64,000 nucleotides of DNA, from positions 732,924-796,923 of the forward strand of contig KV454015.1 in the NCBI GenBank assembly GCA_001661245.1. Reading direction: 5' to 3'. The notes under the pieces are model-generated. The model was not told the origin of the DNA and ran no database searches. It saw nothing but the letters and a program-made list of their open reading frames with translations. Below, piece by piece: positions 34,501-45,589 of the stretch. Source of the DNA: Pachysolen tannophilus NRRL Y-2460. Lineage: Eukaryota. The position numbers were made by a program, and so were the translations under genes. Position 1 is the first letter of the stretch. Each line of letters starts with the position of its first letter.

Positions 34501-35493
34501 ATGACTAAGGAATCAGCAATAGAGTCTTATCTTTCTTTGAAAGAGGTCTCCAAAGATGTTTTTGAAAACAGCCATCCTTTCAAAGTACCCTTCGGCAATC
34601 ATGGAATATTTGGTGGCTGCTTCATTTCTCAATCATTACACGCGGCCACATTAACTGTTGATGCTAAATTCAGACCATACAGTATACATTGTAATTTTTT
34701 AGTTGCAGGAGATCCAACATTATCACTTCGTTATAGAGTTGAGAGATTGAGAGATGGGAAGAATTATAGTCATAGAGAGGTTAAGGTTTATCAAGAGGGA
34801 AAATTGACGTTTATATGTACAGTATCTTTTCAATCAAGAAAGTTGGAAGGTTCAGCAGCCGACTTGGGCCCTCAATTGAGACATCAAAAAGACGCACCTA
34901 TAATAGGTAAAGATGTATTACTGCCAGAAGCAATGATTGATGCCAGAGAAGCGTTTTTAAAATGGTATGCTATTATTTTAAACAAGTTGAAATTAGAGAA
35001 TATGCCTTCCGGGGAGGAAATTCTTTCGCAAGTTAGTCCGAATCTGTGCGAGTGGAGGCTTCCAGAGGACTATATGGATTATGGAAAGATACCAGAGCTG
35101 GAGAAACTGCTGTTTCTTAGTGATAATCCACCAAATCCAGCGAATAAAACATTTAGACATTGGTTCCGGGCCAGACCGACTATTAAAGATCCTCGTTTCC
35201 ATGAAATTGCATTGGCTTATGGTTCCGATATGTTTTTATTATCTGTAACTAACAGAGCCTTCTTAAGACATTTTGCTTCTGCAAAGTTTTCTGTGTCCTT
35301 GGACCATACGATATATTTCCATGAAGAGTTCAAGGCCGATGAGTGGATGTGTTTTTGTGTAAGGAACACGAGAACTGGAGATAATAGATCTTTGGTTACT
35401 GCTGATGTTTTCACAAGAGAAGGAAAAATTGCTGCTACAGTCGTACAAGAAGGTTTGGTAGTTATTGATCGCAAAAGGAAAAGTAAATTATAA
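34501..35493 (+). CDS. TES1: Peroxisomal acyl-CoA thioesterase II
   Basis: IFGG..ISQ, RLRDGKNY, AYGSD, VSLDHTIYFH, QEGL; C-terminal PTS1 SKL. Confidence 0.92.
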   Translation: MTKESAIESYLSLKEVSKDVFENSHPFKVPFGNHGIFGGCFISQSLHAATLTVDAKFRPYSIHCNFLVAGDPTLSLRYRVERLRDGKNYSHREVKVYQEGKLTFICTVSFQSRKLEGSAADLGPQLRHQKDAPIIGKDVLLPEAMIDAREAFLKWYAIILNKLKLENMPSGEEILSQVSPNLCEWRLPEDYMDYGKIPELEKLLFLSDNPPNPANKTFRHWFRARPTIKDPRFHEIALAYGSDMFLLSVTNRAFLRHFASAKFSVSLDHTIYFHEEFKADEWMCFCVRNTRTGDNRSLVTADVFTREGKIAATVVQEGLVVIDRKRKSKL

Positions 35494-35728
35494 TGATAAT
35501 GTCTTTTTTAACTCATTAAGTTGTCGATATATGCTATGACCAACCAATCTACTTTCACATGAATTTATAATCTAGAGTAGAAGTTGGGTAATAATTTTTC
35601 GTAAATATATATAGTAAGCAGAGGAAAGGTAAATGATAAGTTGAGAGTTTTCTAAAAATGTAGCAAATGTTTGAAACAAAACTATGTACGTAGAAAGTAG
35701 TATATCATTAAAAAGCGGTATCAATGTA

Positions 35729-38700
35729 TCATCCTGGATTTTTCTTTTCAATCAAAGCGTTAAACAATTGTAAGCTAACAGAAGAGTTATTCATTCCTAT
35801 TATTGGATTTGAATCCTCTATCAAATCAAATGGCTTACTTTTGAATTTTTGGTACAACTCGGCCTTTTCGTTGTACAAGTATAATTTCTGTGTATTGTTT
35901 AAATCAATTAACCCATCTCTTAGTTTGAGATCTTTCAAAAAAATAGACAACTTATTTTTTGTATTAAGCGGTGGTAGTTGCATAATACTTCCTGTATTGG
36001 CCCGCAGTGAAGATTCATTCGATGCGCCATTTGCAGTTGAGGCTTCTTCTTGCAGCTTGAAGGATTCCATGTTGACAGATATGGCTTCTGTAAACAATAT
36101 TTCTAATGATAGTAAAATATCATAGAGCAAATTTTTCAATTTACTGTTATGACTAACTATAGTACTCGAATACAACTTCACCAAGTTTTGCAAAAACGTG
36201 TCTGTCGATAAATCAACAGATCTTTTCAAAATTAAATCGACTAGGAATGTTTTGTGGATCAAAATAATTTTCAAAAATAAAGATATTGATGTACATAACT
36301 CTTCATGTTCCTTGCCCATCACTGTGCTATTTCTTTCAATGATATTTTCAGAAAGAGAACTTTGATAATTACTATCAGAAACGTTTATAACCTTATCACA
36401 GGAATCAATCAATTTCTCTAATGATAAGTTTAACGAAAATATCAAAGAATCAGTCAAGGGAAGAGCCTTGTGTTCACAATTATTTGAAGTCTTAGAGCAG
36501 TTATTAATGATATCTATAAGGTAAGGAACTAAACTCTCATTCTCGCTTGAAGGTAGATAGACTTTTGGAAAGTTTTCTGATCTTAAGAAGTAACTCTCAG
36601 CTGCATTTAAAACCAAAAGTTTCAAATCAGGAGACAATAAATCAAATAGCTGACTCAACAAACGGCAGTTATTATTGTCATTTTGTATGCGTTTTTCTTC
36701 CATTTGTCTGCTATTGCTAAAAAGCATCATTAAAATGTCTTGAATGGAGATCAACTTGAAATCGTCACTCTTATCAGAGCCAAATTCATTTTCAAAAATT
36801 ATTTTTAATGCTACTTGACATATTGGAAGATTAAAATTGTTCAAAACCTCCATGACTCTATATAAATCCTTTGAATTGAAAATCGCTTTTGAGTCCAATA
36901 ATAATAATTCATTGAATATTTCCAACATTTCGTCCTCGTTAATAAAATCATTAGATACCACCTGTTCTATCAATAAAGGAGCATTCGTAAATAATAGTTT
37001 ATTGAAAACTTTTGAAATTTTTTTATGAAATGCAGATAAGAATGTATTTTTGAAATGTACAGAGTCAATAATCATAGGCGTCGCACCACTTATCAATGGC
37101 AATGGTGTAGCATTATTATTTGATACAGGTGTCGGAAGATGATCCATCACATTACCCATTTGAGTTTCCATAACCACTGCTGCAGTGGAATCTGGGGATA
37201 CTGCTGTTATATTTGTGTTTGATTGAGCTTCTAATATACCTTTTACTATGTATTTCAAGATATAAGAAGGATGCGTTAATTCAAAATTTTGTTTTATCAA
37301 TTTGAACTTCAAGGATTCATAGTGAGTTAAATGACAATTGATATCTTCTCTCAATAGTAAATACCATATCAATTTATGGTTAGAATTTCCTGTTATATTA
37401 TCTGCAATTGTTTCTTCCTTGCCAAAAATTTGAATGACTTGCATCAAGCTCATAAATTCATGTATTAATAACTTCATTATAAATTTGAGATATGCATCAA
37501 AATCCAAATATAATGAAGGCAATATATCATTATTAATATACTCCATTAATATTGTATCTAGAGAAGTTCTGTTCGAATTTTTTAAAACTTGTAGGAGCTT
37601 GATTATACTTTCTAATGACTGCGATAAATATTCTCCATTAATGCTTTCTAATCTAATTTGATCCAAGAAATTATGAAGAAGCATTACAACATTATCTTTA
37701 AAGTGATACTGATCTAAGAATTCATCTGGATTCAAATTCTCTATTTTGAAATCTCTTAAAATTTCCAATAAATCTTCTTTTCCAAGTTCATTTTCACGGT
37801 TAGTTGTTTCATAAATAACCAAATTATTCAAATCATTCAACAAATTATTTTCTTTGGTAACTTCGATTGAAAACTTCCAAAAATCAATAAAATTAAATGA
37901 ATCATTGCTTTTCAAAAAATTGTAATTACTAATTACCATAACCAAAATCCTGGTAAAAACTGTGGAAGCAGTTGAACCATTGCCATCCCAAACTAAAGGA
38001 GTTAGAGAATTGACTAACGTATAATTACTTGAAACAATTTCAGTGATAAAGTATAGTGTCTCAAGATATAAGTTAATCATTCTATTTTCATTAACCAAAA
38101 CGTAGCTAAGAAATTCTTGGAAAAATTTAGAATTATTATTCAAGATCTCAAATAATTTATAACAAACTGCTATTTTTTCTTTCGTCACAGTAACCAATTT
38201 CTGCGAATTGTTAATTCTAGTTCTCAACTCATTGAAAAGATGGTCTGCAGTTAAAAACTTCAAGCCAAGGTTCAAAGAGTTTAAGAATTCCCAATTGTAA
38301 TCATTGTCAAAATTTAACAAATCATCATTGTCAATCATATAATCCAAAAAAATAGATATAATTTTTTTTGACTTCTGGAATTCCATATCCATATCCATGG
38401 ACGAACCGACTTCTTCATTTGTTAAAGTTTTCAATATAGTATTGCACTGAGTATTGTTCAAAATCGGTAAATTTTGTATTATTAAAAGATGAACCATACA
38501 ATTATCCAAAGCTTTAGGAAGATATATTATACCCGAAGAAATTAGTCTTCTCAAATAAGAACTAACTGTAAATAATTTTGAAACATATAGTTTGTTAACT
38601 AAAATCAAAAAATTGTCTATATTAACCGGTAGTTCTTGTTCATGAGTACCGACTAATGACTTGCTGAACTTGTCGTTGATCAGGTAAATAAATTCCAAGA

Positions 38701-40435
38701 TTTCAATTTCTATTTCTAGTTTTTTCGTCTTGATTGCAGATTTCAGTAAAGCAGGTCTAGATGACAAGCTCCATAAATAATATCTCACAATAGATACAGT
38801 CAAATAAACACGCTGCGTATCATCATTTTTTCTATAACTGGACACACACCAATTCAAAAGTAGTTTTAAATGGAGCTTCCAGTCATTTGAAGTATTATCA
38901 GGGGTACTTTCATTATTGTCATCTAGTGTTTTGTTGGTAATTTCAAAAATCAATTTTGACAACTCGTTTATATTGGAACCATTGAAAGAATCTAGTTTTT
39001 TTATGATACTGACTGAAGATGCGGGATTAAGATTGTTATCAGGGAAATCAATCATAAGTGATTCGTTCCTATAACTTATAATTTCAAATTGCAGTGATAT
39101 AATTGGATTGTTCAAATCTATGATTTTTTGTAAAACCGGTTTCAATAATAACCAATTGTTTGGAATTATGAAAGAGCTCGAATTATAATAAAATAAATAA
39201 AATATTAAAAATTTTAAATTCGAAAGTAGCGACTTTCGTATACTTTTTGTTAATGTTGTATCCTCCAATAACTTGAGATAGTTCAAAAGCATGAACTCAC
39301 TTAATTCATTCGACAAGTAGTCAACTTTAATCAATTGAAACCAAAACAACTTGATGATAATGATATGAAATGAAATTAATTTAAAATCACCAGTACTATA
39401 TTCATAACTATTTTCTGATTTTTCGTCATTATATATTTTTTTTAAAAATTTTACTATCCAATTCAAGAAGACCTCTTGATTTATCAATTCTTCCAAGTAT
39501 AAATGTGCAGTTAACTTGATTATGTAGTTCAAATTATCTTTCCAACTATTTTCAATATTTGAAGTTGGTGCTGTTTCTTTTTCTTTATATGTAAAACAAT
39601 CTCTTGCAATTTTTTCCATGTACTCTGTTACTTGTATTGTCCAATCATGAATCCAATTATTCTCTGAGATCTTTGCGTTATTACCACCAGTCAGTACAAT
39701 ACTTCCTGGAGCATTTTTTCTTCTTAAACCTCTTAACTCATTTGTTCCCACACATTTGACAAACCATATAGCTCTAGGTATGGGTATTTTCTTACTACAG
39801 CATTGATCCAACAATAGTTTGTTCCTAATACCATGAGGAATAGTTCTTGATAATCTACTCAAAGGATCATCTGGATTGGCCAAATTCTGTAACCACAATT
39901 CTTTCTTATGGTCAGTCAATGTCACTCTTGGTGGCGGCTTATATGCTGATTTCACATGGACTCTATTATACTCTTGCCTCAAATTCATAGCTTCTATTAT
40001 ATTCTCACTTAAAGCATTCAACTTTGAATTTGTTGAAGTTGTCTTATTAACTATTTGATCAGAATCACTGTTACTTGTTACCGTTGTTCCAGCACTACTG
40101 TTATTCATATTATCTGTATTCAAAAGCTGATGCACCATATTTTTGGCAGAGAGTAATTCATTATTTACCACCGGCAGACTATAATAACCTTTTTGAAGAT
40201 GATTTTGCATCACCACATCCTGCTGAGGATTATATGACCAAGGATTGAAGTCTGGATATACATAATGCTTTTTACCTGCGTTATGGAATGATGATGGTGG
40301 ATTATTTGATGAGTTTGAATTACTGAACGGTTCATCACCGTTAAGAGGAAAAACGTCCTTAGGTTTTTCTAAAACATATCTCTTGATTGGACTGGTTTCC
40401 GTTGCATTACCAGTCCCTTTATGATTCTTATTCAT
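35729..40435 (-). CDS. SRB8: Mediator kinase-module subunit Med12
   Basis: YPDFNPW, PPPRVTLTDHKKELWLQNLA, LSRTIPHG, RAIWFVKCVGTNE. Confidence 0.92.
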   Translation of the reverse strand: MNKNHKGTGNATETSPIKRYVLEKPKDVFPLNGDEPFSNSNSSNNPPSSFHNAGKKHYVYPDFNPWSYNPQQDVVMQNHLQKGYYSLPVVNNELLSAKNMVHQLLNTDNMNNSSAGTTVTSNSDSDQIVNKTTSTNSKLNALSENIIEAMNLRQEYNRVHVKSAYKPPPRVTLTDHKKELWLQNLANPDDPLSRLSRTIPHGIRNKLLLDQCCSKKIPIPRAIWFVKCVGTNELRGLRRKNAPGSIVLTGGNNAKISENNWIHDWTIQVTEYMEKIARDCFTYKEKETAPTSNIENSWKDNLNYIIKLTAHLYLEELINQEVFLNWIVKFLKKIYNDEKSENSYEYSTGDFKLISFHIIIIKLFWFQLIKVDYLSNELSEFMLLNYLKLLEDTTLTKSIRKSLLSNLKFLIFYLFYYNSSSFIIPNNWLLLKPVLQKIIDLNNPIISLQFEIISYRNESLMIDFPDNNLNPASSVSIIKKLDSFNGSNINELSKLIFEITNKTLDDNNESTPDNTSNDWKLHLKLLLNWCVSSYRKNDDTQRVYLTVSIVRYYLWSLSSRPALLKSAIKTKKLEIEIEILEFIYLINDKFSKSLVGTHEQELPVNIDNFLILVNKLYVSKLFTVSSYLRRLISSGIIYLPKALDNCMVHLLIIQNLPILNNTQCNTILKTLTNEEVGSSMDMDMEFQKSKKIISIFLDYMIDNDDLLNFDNDYNWEFLNSLNLGLKFLTADHLFNELRTRINNSQKLVTVTKEKIAVCYKLFEILNNNSKFFQEFLSYVLVNENRMINLYLETLYFITEIVSSNYTLVNSLTPLVWDGNGSTASTVFTRILVMVISNYNFLKSNDSFNFIDFWKFSIEVTKENNLLNDLNNLVIYETTNRENELGKEDLLEILRDFKIENLNPDEFLDQYHFKDNVVMLLHNFLDQIRLESINGEYLSQSLESIIKLLQVLKNSNRTSLDTILMEYINNDILPSLYLDFDAYLKFIMKLLIHEFMSLMQVIQIFGKEETIADNITGNSNHKLIWYLLLREDINCHLTHYESLKFKLIKQNFELTHPSYILKYIVKGILEAQSNTNITAVSPDSTAAVVMETQMGNVMDHLPTPVSNNNATPLPLISGATPMIIDSVHFKNTFLSAFHKKISKVFNKLLFTNAPLLIEQVVSNDFINEDEMLEIFNELLLLDSKAIFNSKDLYRVMEVLNNFNLPICQVALKIIFENEFGSDKSDDFKLISIQDILMMLFSNSRQMEEKRIQNDNNNCRLLSQLFDLLSPDLKLLVLNAAESYFLRSENFPKVYLPSSENESLVPYLIDIINNCSKTSNNCEHKALPLTDSLIFSLNLSLEKLIDSCDKVINVSDSNYQSSLSENIIERNSTVMGKEHEELCTSISLFLKIILIHKTFLVDLILKRSVDLSTDTFLQNLVKLYSSTIVSHNSKLKNLLYDILLSLEILFTEAISVNMESFKLQEEASTANGASNESSLRANTGSIMQLPPLNTKNKLSIFLKDLKLRDGLIDLNNTQKLYLYNEKAELYQKFKSKPFDLIEDSNPIIGMNNSSVSLQLFNALIEKKNPG

Positions 40436-40502
40436 TTAAAACGGAAAAGTTGGCACAATTGCCCAATAATATTGTCTTCTTTTCCAATATGATCCGTATA
40501 CT

Positions 40503-40536
<34 letters not shown>

Positions 40537-40737
40537 AATATACACCATTAACTAAATTTATTTAAAAGAAAATACACCGGAAAAGATAGATAGTAGTACA
40601 ATACATAAAGTAAATGAAAACTTTCAAAAATTACAATAATAAAAACACAAAACATCCCACACCAGTTTATCAAAAGATTACAAAACTTATATACAAAAAT
40701 GATTAATATTACAAATGAAGAAGAGGTATTGAAGATA

Positions 40738-41286
40738 TCAAGTTTCTATATTCTTCTTCTGGACCAATTTTGAAGGATCAAAGGTTCTAAAAACCGTTTT
40801 GGATTTCTTGTTTTTCGTTACTTTCAGCGAAGTTGGGGTACTATTAATATTGTTTGATTCAATTTTTTTGTTTTGCCTTTCCAATACCTTGGAATTGGAA
40901 CTAGGTATCGTTGATGATCCAGAATTTGTGTTTGGAGAATTTGGAGAATTTGTAAAATTTTGTAACTTTTCACGTAAAGATAATTCCACGTTAGATACAT
41001 CTTGTTCTTGTTGCAACAGTGGAAGTTGATCACTTTGTTTTTCGTTTTCATCTATTGACATCGATATCAGTGATTGTTTGCCTTTCTGTAAAAAAGATAT
41101 TATCTTTTGTTTCTCATGAAGGTCTTTTTTCAACTGTAGATTGCGTTGTTGTTCCAGTATTAAATCTTGCTCTGCAATGAGTAATTTCTTCTTCAAATCT
41201 AAGCATTCTTGAGTCTTGTCAAATAATTCTTGGTGAATGTGTTCTATATTTCCATCAGTGCCAATGGCTTCATTACCTTGTTGCAT
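40738..41286 (-). CDS. Hypothetical coiled-coil protein, 182 aa
   Basis: ATG ORF with heptad-like Q/E/K/L N-terminal half and S/T/N-rich tail. Confidence 0.65.
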   Translation of the reverse strand: MQQGNEAIGTDGNIEHIHQELFDKTQECLDLKKKLLIAEQDLILEQQRNLQLKKDLHEKQKIISFLQKGKQSLISMSIDENEKQSDQLPLLQQEQDVSNVELSLREKLQNFTNSPNSPNTNSGSSTIPSSNSKVLERQNKKIESNNINSTPTSLKVTKNKKSKTVFRTFDPSKLVQKKNIET

Positions 41287-41555
41287 TGTTGAATAATTAA
41301 AAGAGTTTTTTAAACAACGCTGAAATGCTTTTTAGAAATATTTTGAGATAATTGAAGATGAATAGATAAAACAATTAAATAAAAGATAAATAGAAAGATA
41401 AAATATTAACTTATCTATTTTGTTTTGTTTCTGCATTTTTTAACTACCTTTATCATTCATTATATTATATTTCTATAACCCTATTTATAAATACAACAAC
41501 AAGCTATATGAACAAAAAAACTAAAGAAGACCTTCAATTGTTTTATAATAAATAT

Positions 41556-42944
41556 CTATGGCAATGGTTCACTAGAGGAACTCAATTTATTCAAATGTAA
41601 ATATACATCAGTTCCATAACCTTCCATACTAATTAATTTCAAATCGCCTCCAAAATATTTTGCATATAATCTACTCAAAGGTAATCCATAACCATATCCA
41701 GCCATTGGAGGTCTCAGATCGGTTTTAGTAACATCTGGGTCGACATTAGGTAATGCGTCAACTGTTGTATATAGATAAGTCCAAATCAATGGGATAGCAC
41801 TTCTTGCGATTCCTCCACCTTCATCAGAAATCTTTATTGTTATATCTTCATTTCCCTCTGCTACAATGATCCTTATAGGAGGATACTTAATATCATCAAT
41901 ATCCATATCTTTATATTTTTTTATCTGATGTTCCACAGTGGCCCGAAGTGAATTTTTCAAAGTTTCAAATAACATATGTAATAAATGTCCGGGAACATAC
42001 ATAAAATTTAATTCTTCAGGACAATAAAGTTGTACTTTTGGAGCTTCAAATAATCCATAATGTTCTTCACATACAAATCTTGCACTATCTATAGCATCAT
42101 TAACAATATCAGAAATATTGGTATTTAAACAAATTATCCCCACGTAATCATCATTTAAAGCAGAATAATCTTGATTTATTGCAATTTGTTGTCCAATTAA
42201 CATTCTAATTCCAATTCTTGAAAGATAAAATGCATCAAGAAAATTTTGAATTTGAGAATCTATTAATAAATTTTTGTTTGATCTTTTCCATTCTTGAACA
42301 CCACGAGCAACAGTAGTTACTGTTGCATCATGTCTTTTTTTAATTTTTTTCAAAGTTTCAGTAACTAATTTGTTATAATTATAAACTTCAGCAGGATATA
42401 CAATATCTGAAGGAGCATATATATAATAAGATTTTGTACGTTGTATACCTGAAGAGGTAAAATCTAGCAGCAGAGGCACGTGTAAATGTTGCCTTGGTTT
42501 TCTTATAATCAATCCATCATCTTCAAAAATTCTTTTTTCTGGTCCAATTTTTGTTGGTTCAGGTGGCAGTGATGGTTGTAGAGGAATATGGAAATCATTT
42601 GAACCATTCTTGTATAATAATTCTTTTAATTCTCCATCAATCTTTGGAGGTTGTAAAGTAGTCAACTCTTCAAAAGATTGACTATACCAATCTTTAACTT
42701 TTAAAATAGACAGATTATCACTCAATCCATATGGAAGTTCTTCTAATTCTTTAACTCTATGTGCTAATCTAACTGGAAGCTCTTGAACAACAAATTGTGA
42801 TGCATGGAAAAGTGTACCAGCAGAAGGTTTTGGTCCAAACTTAACCATATCTTTTAAAGAAACTCCTGTAGGTTGTAACTTTGCATAATTATATATCTCT
42901 TGTCGAAGCTTTGGAGTTAACTTCCACAGCGTCGACGACATCAT
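41556..42944 (-). CDS. Mitochondrial pyruvate dehydrogenase kinase family (ATG at 42944 or 42941)
   Basis: ELPVRLAHRV, SRIGIRMLIGQ, ETLKNSLRA, ISDEGGG, MAGYGYGLPLSRLYA. Confidence 0.93.
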   Translation of the reverse strand: MMSSTLWKLTPKLRQEIYNYAKLQPTGVSLKDMVKFGPKPSAGTLFHASQFVVQELPVRLAHRVKELEELPYGLSDNLSILKVKDWYSQSFEELTTLQPPKIDGELKELLYKNGSNDFHIPLQPSLPPEPTKIGPEKRIFEDDGLIIRKPRQHLHVPLLLDFTSSGIQRTKSYYIYAPSDIVYPAEVYNYNKLVTETLKKIKKRHDATVTTVARGVQEWKRSNKNLLIDSQIQNFLDAFYLSRIGIRMLIGQQIAINQDYSALNDDYVGIICLNTNISDIVNDAIDSARFVCEEHYGLFEAPKVQLYCPEELNFMYVPGHLLHMLFETLKNSLRATVEHQIKKYKDMDIDDIKYPPIRIIVAEGNEDITIKISDEGGGIARSAIPLIWTYLYTTVDALPNVDPDVTKTDLRPPMAGYGYGLPLSRLYAKYFGGDLKLISMEGYGTDVYLHLNKLSSSSEPLP

Positions 42945-43675
42945 TCCTTTGAGGAACCCAACTATCTCCAAAATTTTTAAAAAATTTTAAATCCTGAAAT
43001 TATATAATATATATATTATATATATATTACTATTATTATTATTATTATTATTAGTTACTTATTTATTTATTTTGTGTGGTTGTAGTATTTCTCTTTGATA
43101 CAATTGTTCGTTCATATATAATCATATTTCTTTTTTAATTTTATTGAGATTCTTTCCTTTTCTTTTTTTTTTTTTGTTGTTTTCTATTATATTACTCTTT
43201 TCTGATTTTTGTTGCTTGATTAATATCCATCCATATTTCCGACAATACTTTTTTTAACCACAAAGATGCTTCATATATAAACCATATGCTTGATTTAAAA
43301 CACCATTTATACCAATGACATCAGTATTATCACCCATGCGTCCGGGGTTTGATTTGATCTCCATATTATATCCCCAGAAACAAAAAAAAAATTAAAAAAA
43401 TTAAAAAACTGAAAAAAAGTTTAAATCTTACAAAAACGGTAGAACGAAATAGCCCCTATCTCTATAATTAGGGGCTAGAGTATAAATTGGGGCTCTATTA
43501 ATTTTTTTAAAAATACTAGGGCTGTTTAGAAAAGGGCTGTTTCGTTTTATGTGAAACGCCCCTGTTATTGACGATTTTCATCTAATTTGTCCCTCTTTTA
43601 ACAACACAACAATTAAAATAATAATAATAATAATATTTATTTATTTATTTGATTATTAGATTATAACACTAAATA

Positions 43676-45091
43676 ATGCCTCCATCAACGTTATATGTTA
43701 CTGGATTTCTGAAAGGAACAAAAGCAGAGGAAATTGGTAATTTGTTTGAAAAGTAAGTTAAAAAATATCGGTACTATTTTGTATCCCGCCCTTTGAATTT
43801 TTTTTTTTCAAAAAAAATAATTAATAATTATTTATTTTGCGATATTTGATTTGATTTTTTTTTTTTTTTTAGTTTTATTGACCTCAAATTCAAATTTTAG
43901 TATCATCATTTTCCGTTTGGTAAAAAAGGAAGGGAATCACTTCAGTTTTTCATCAATGTGAAAAAAAAAAAAAATTCATGATACAAAAATTAAATTGAGA
44001 TCTATCTCACACTCTCTCTACCTTTTTTTTTATTTTTTTTTTCCGCCTTCATCTCATTTCATCATTTCAAGTCCTTCCTTCTCACGATCCTCCTTTCATT
44101 TATTCATTCATTCATCCATTAATTCATTCATTCATCATCTTTCCTGTGTGTGTGTGTGTGTGGTTTTCTTTTTTTTTTTTTTTTTTTTTATTCTATTGAT
44201 ATTTTGTTTATATTCATCATTTTCATCATTCCCATAATTATCAAAAAAAAATTCTTGTTATTTCATCATTCATTTTCCAGAAAGAATACTAACTTATCAA
44301 TTTGAACAAAAAAAAAACTCAATTCTTTTTTTTTTTTTAATAGATTCGGACTGATTCGCAGAGTAGATATTCCACCTCCAAGAACAGATGATGGTCAACA
44401 ATATGCTTTCATCGAATATATAGAGGTTAAAGATGCTGAAGATGCATTGGATCAAACAAAAGATGGGTTTGTGTGTGAGTATGCCATTGATAAGGAACGT
44501 GGTGTTGTTGTTCAAATGGCAAGAAGTGAGCCTTATTCTGTAAGAAACTATAGAGGAAGAGGTGGATTTAGTGGGCGTTCTCGTGGTGGTTATAGAGATA
44601 GAGGTTATGACAGAAGACCACCACGAGGAGGTTACGGCGGACCACCTCCTCCAAGAGGAAGTTATGGTGGTAGGTATGATGATAGAAGACTTGATGACAG
44701 AAGACTTGACGATAGAAGACTTGATGATAGAAGACCCCCACCACGCAGGTATGATGATGGAAGAAGACCTTCATATCCACCAAGAGGTGGTCCAGGAGAT
44801 AGAGGAGATAGGTACCCTCCAAGAGAGAGAGGAGGATATCCATCAATGCCTAGAGGAGATCGTGAACGCATGCGTGATTACCTGCCAAGAGAAAGAGATT
44901 ACCCACCAAGGGAAAGGGAAAGAGAAAGGGACTATCCACCAGTTGATCGTGATCGGGATTTTGATCTTGGTAGAGATGCGGATCGCGGTCGCAGTCATGA
45001 CCGTGACGACGATGGTTATACAAATGAAAGAAAAGAGTACGATAGATCACCAATTCGTGATCGTTCAAGATCTCCTATCCGCGACGATTAA
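43676..45091 (+). CDS. SR-like RRM protein (S. pombe Srp1 type); exons 43676-43752 and 44344-45091
   Basis: Splicing the 591-nt intron (GTAAGT 43753, TACTAAC 44287, TAG 44343) gives RNP2 LYVTGF and RNP1-like YAFIEY; RGG, (DDRRL)n, RD/RE and RSRSP tail. Confidence 0.88.
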
Positions 45092-45589
45092 ATTCAAGTT
45101 TAAAATAGACCTTTTTCTCTTTTTTTTTTCTTTAATTCTACTTTGTTCTTTTATCACTAGCTTGTTTCATCTACCTTCATGATGGAATGTGTTATGTTTT
45201 ATTTTTTTTTTTTTTTTTTTGTATAATTGCCAAAAGTATCATTAGTTTGTTTTCAAATAATTAAAAAAAAAAATTAAATGAACTTATAAAGTAAATTGTT
45301 GTATGATTATCATTATTTATTCAAATAGGATATTGAAACATTTACATACTTATATATATATTATTATCCCCTTTAAAACTAAAACTAAAACTAAAACCAA
45401 ATAAAATGAAATAAAATAAAAAAGGTTAAAAAAAACACACAAAATACCTTTAAAATTGTTAAAAAAAGCCTTTCCAAATAATCCTAGCACAGCTCTGCAA
45501 ATAAAATAACCTATTAACCAGTAATAATAATAAAAAATTTTAAAAAAAATAAAATAAAATGAAAACTCTCTTCCAAATATATGACAGGT

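Noticed and set aside
43995..44237. 80-aa F/S/H-rich ORF
   Set aside because: Lies inside the SR-gene intron; low-complexity with a TTG start
44562..45182. 206-aa alternate-frame ORF overlapping the SR-like gene
   Set aside because: Shadow of the repetitive AGA/GAT-rich RD/RS domain; no independent evidence
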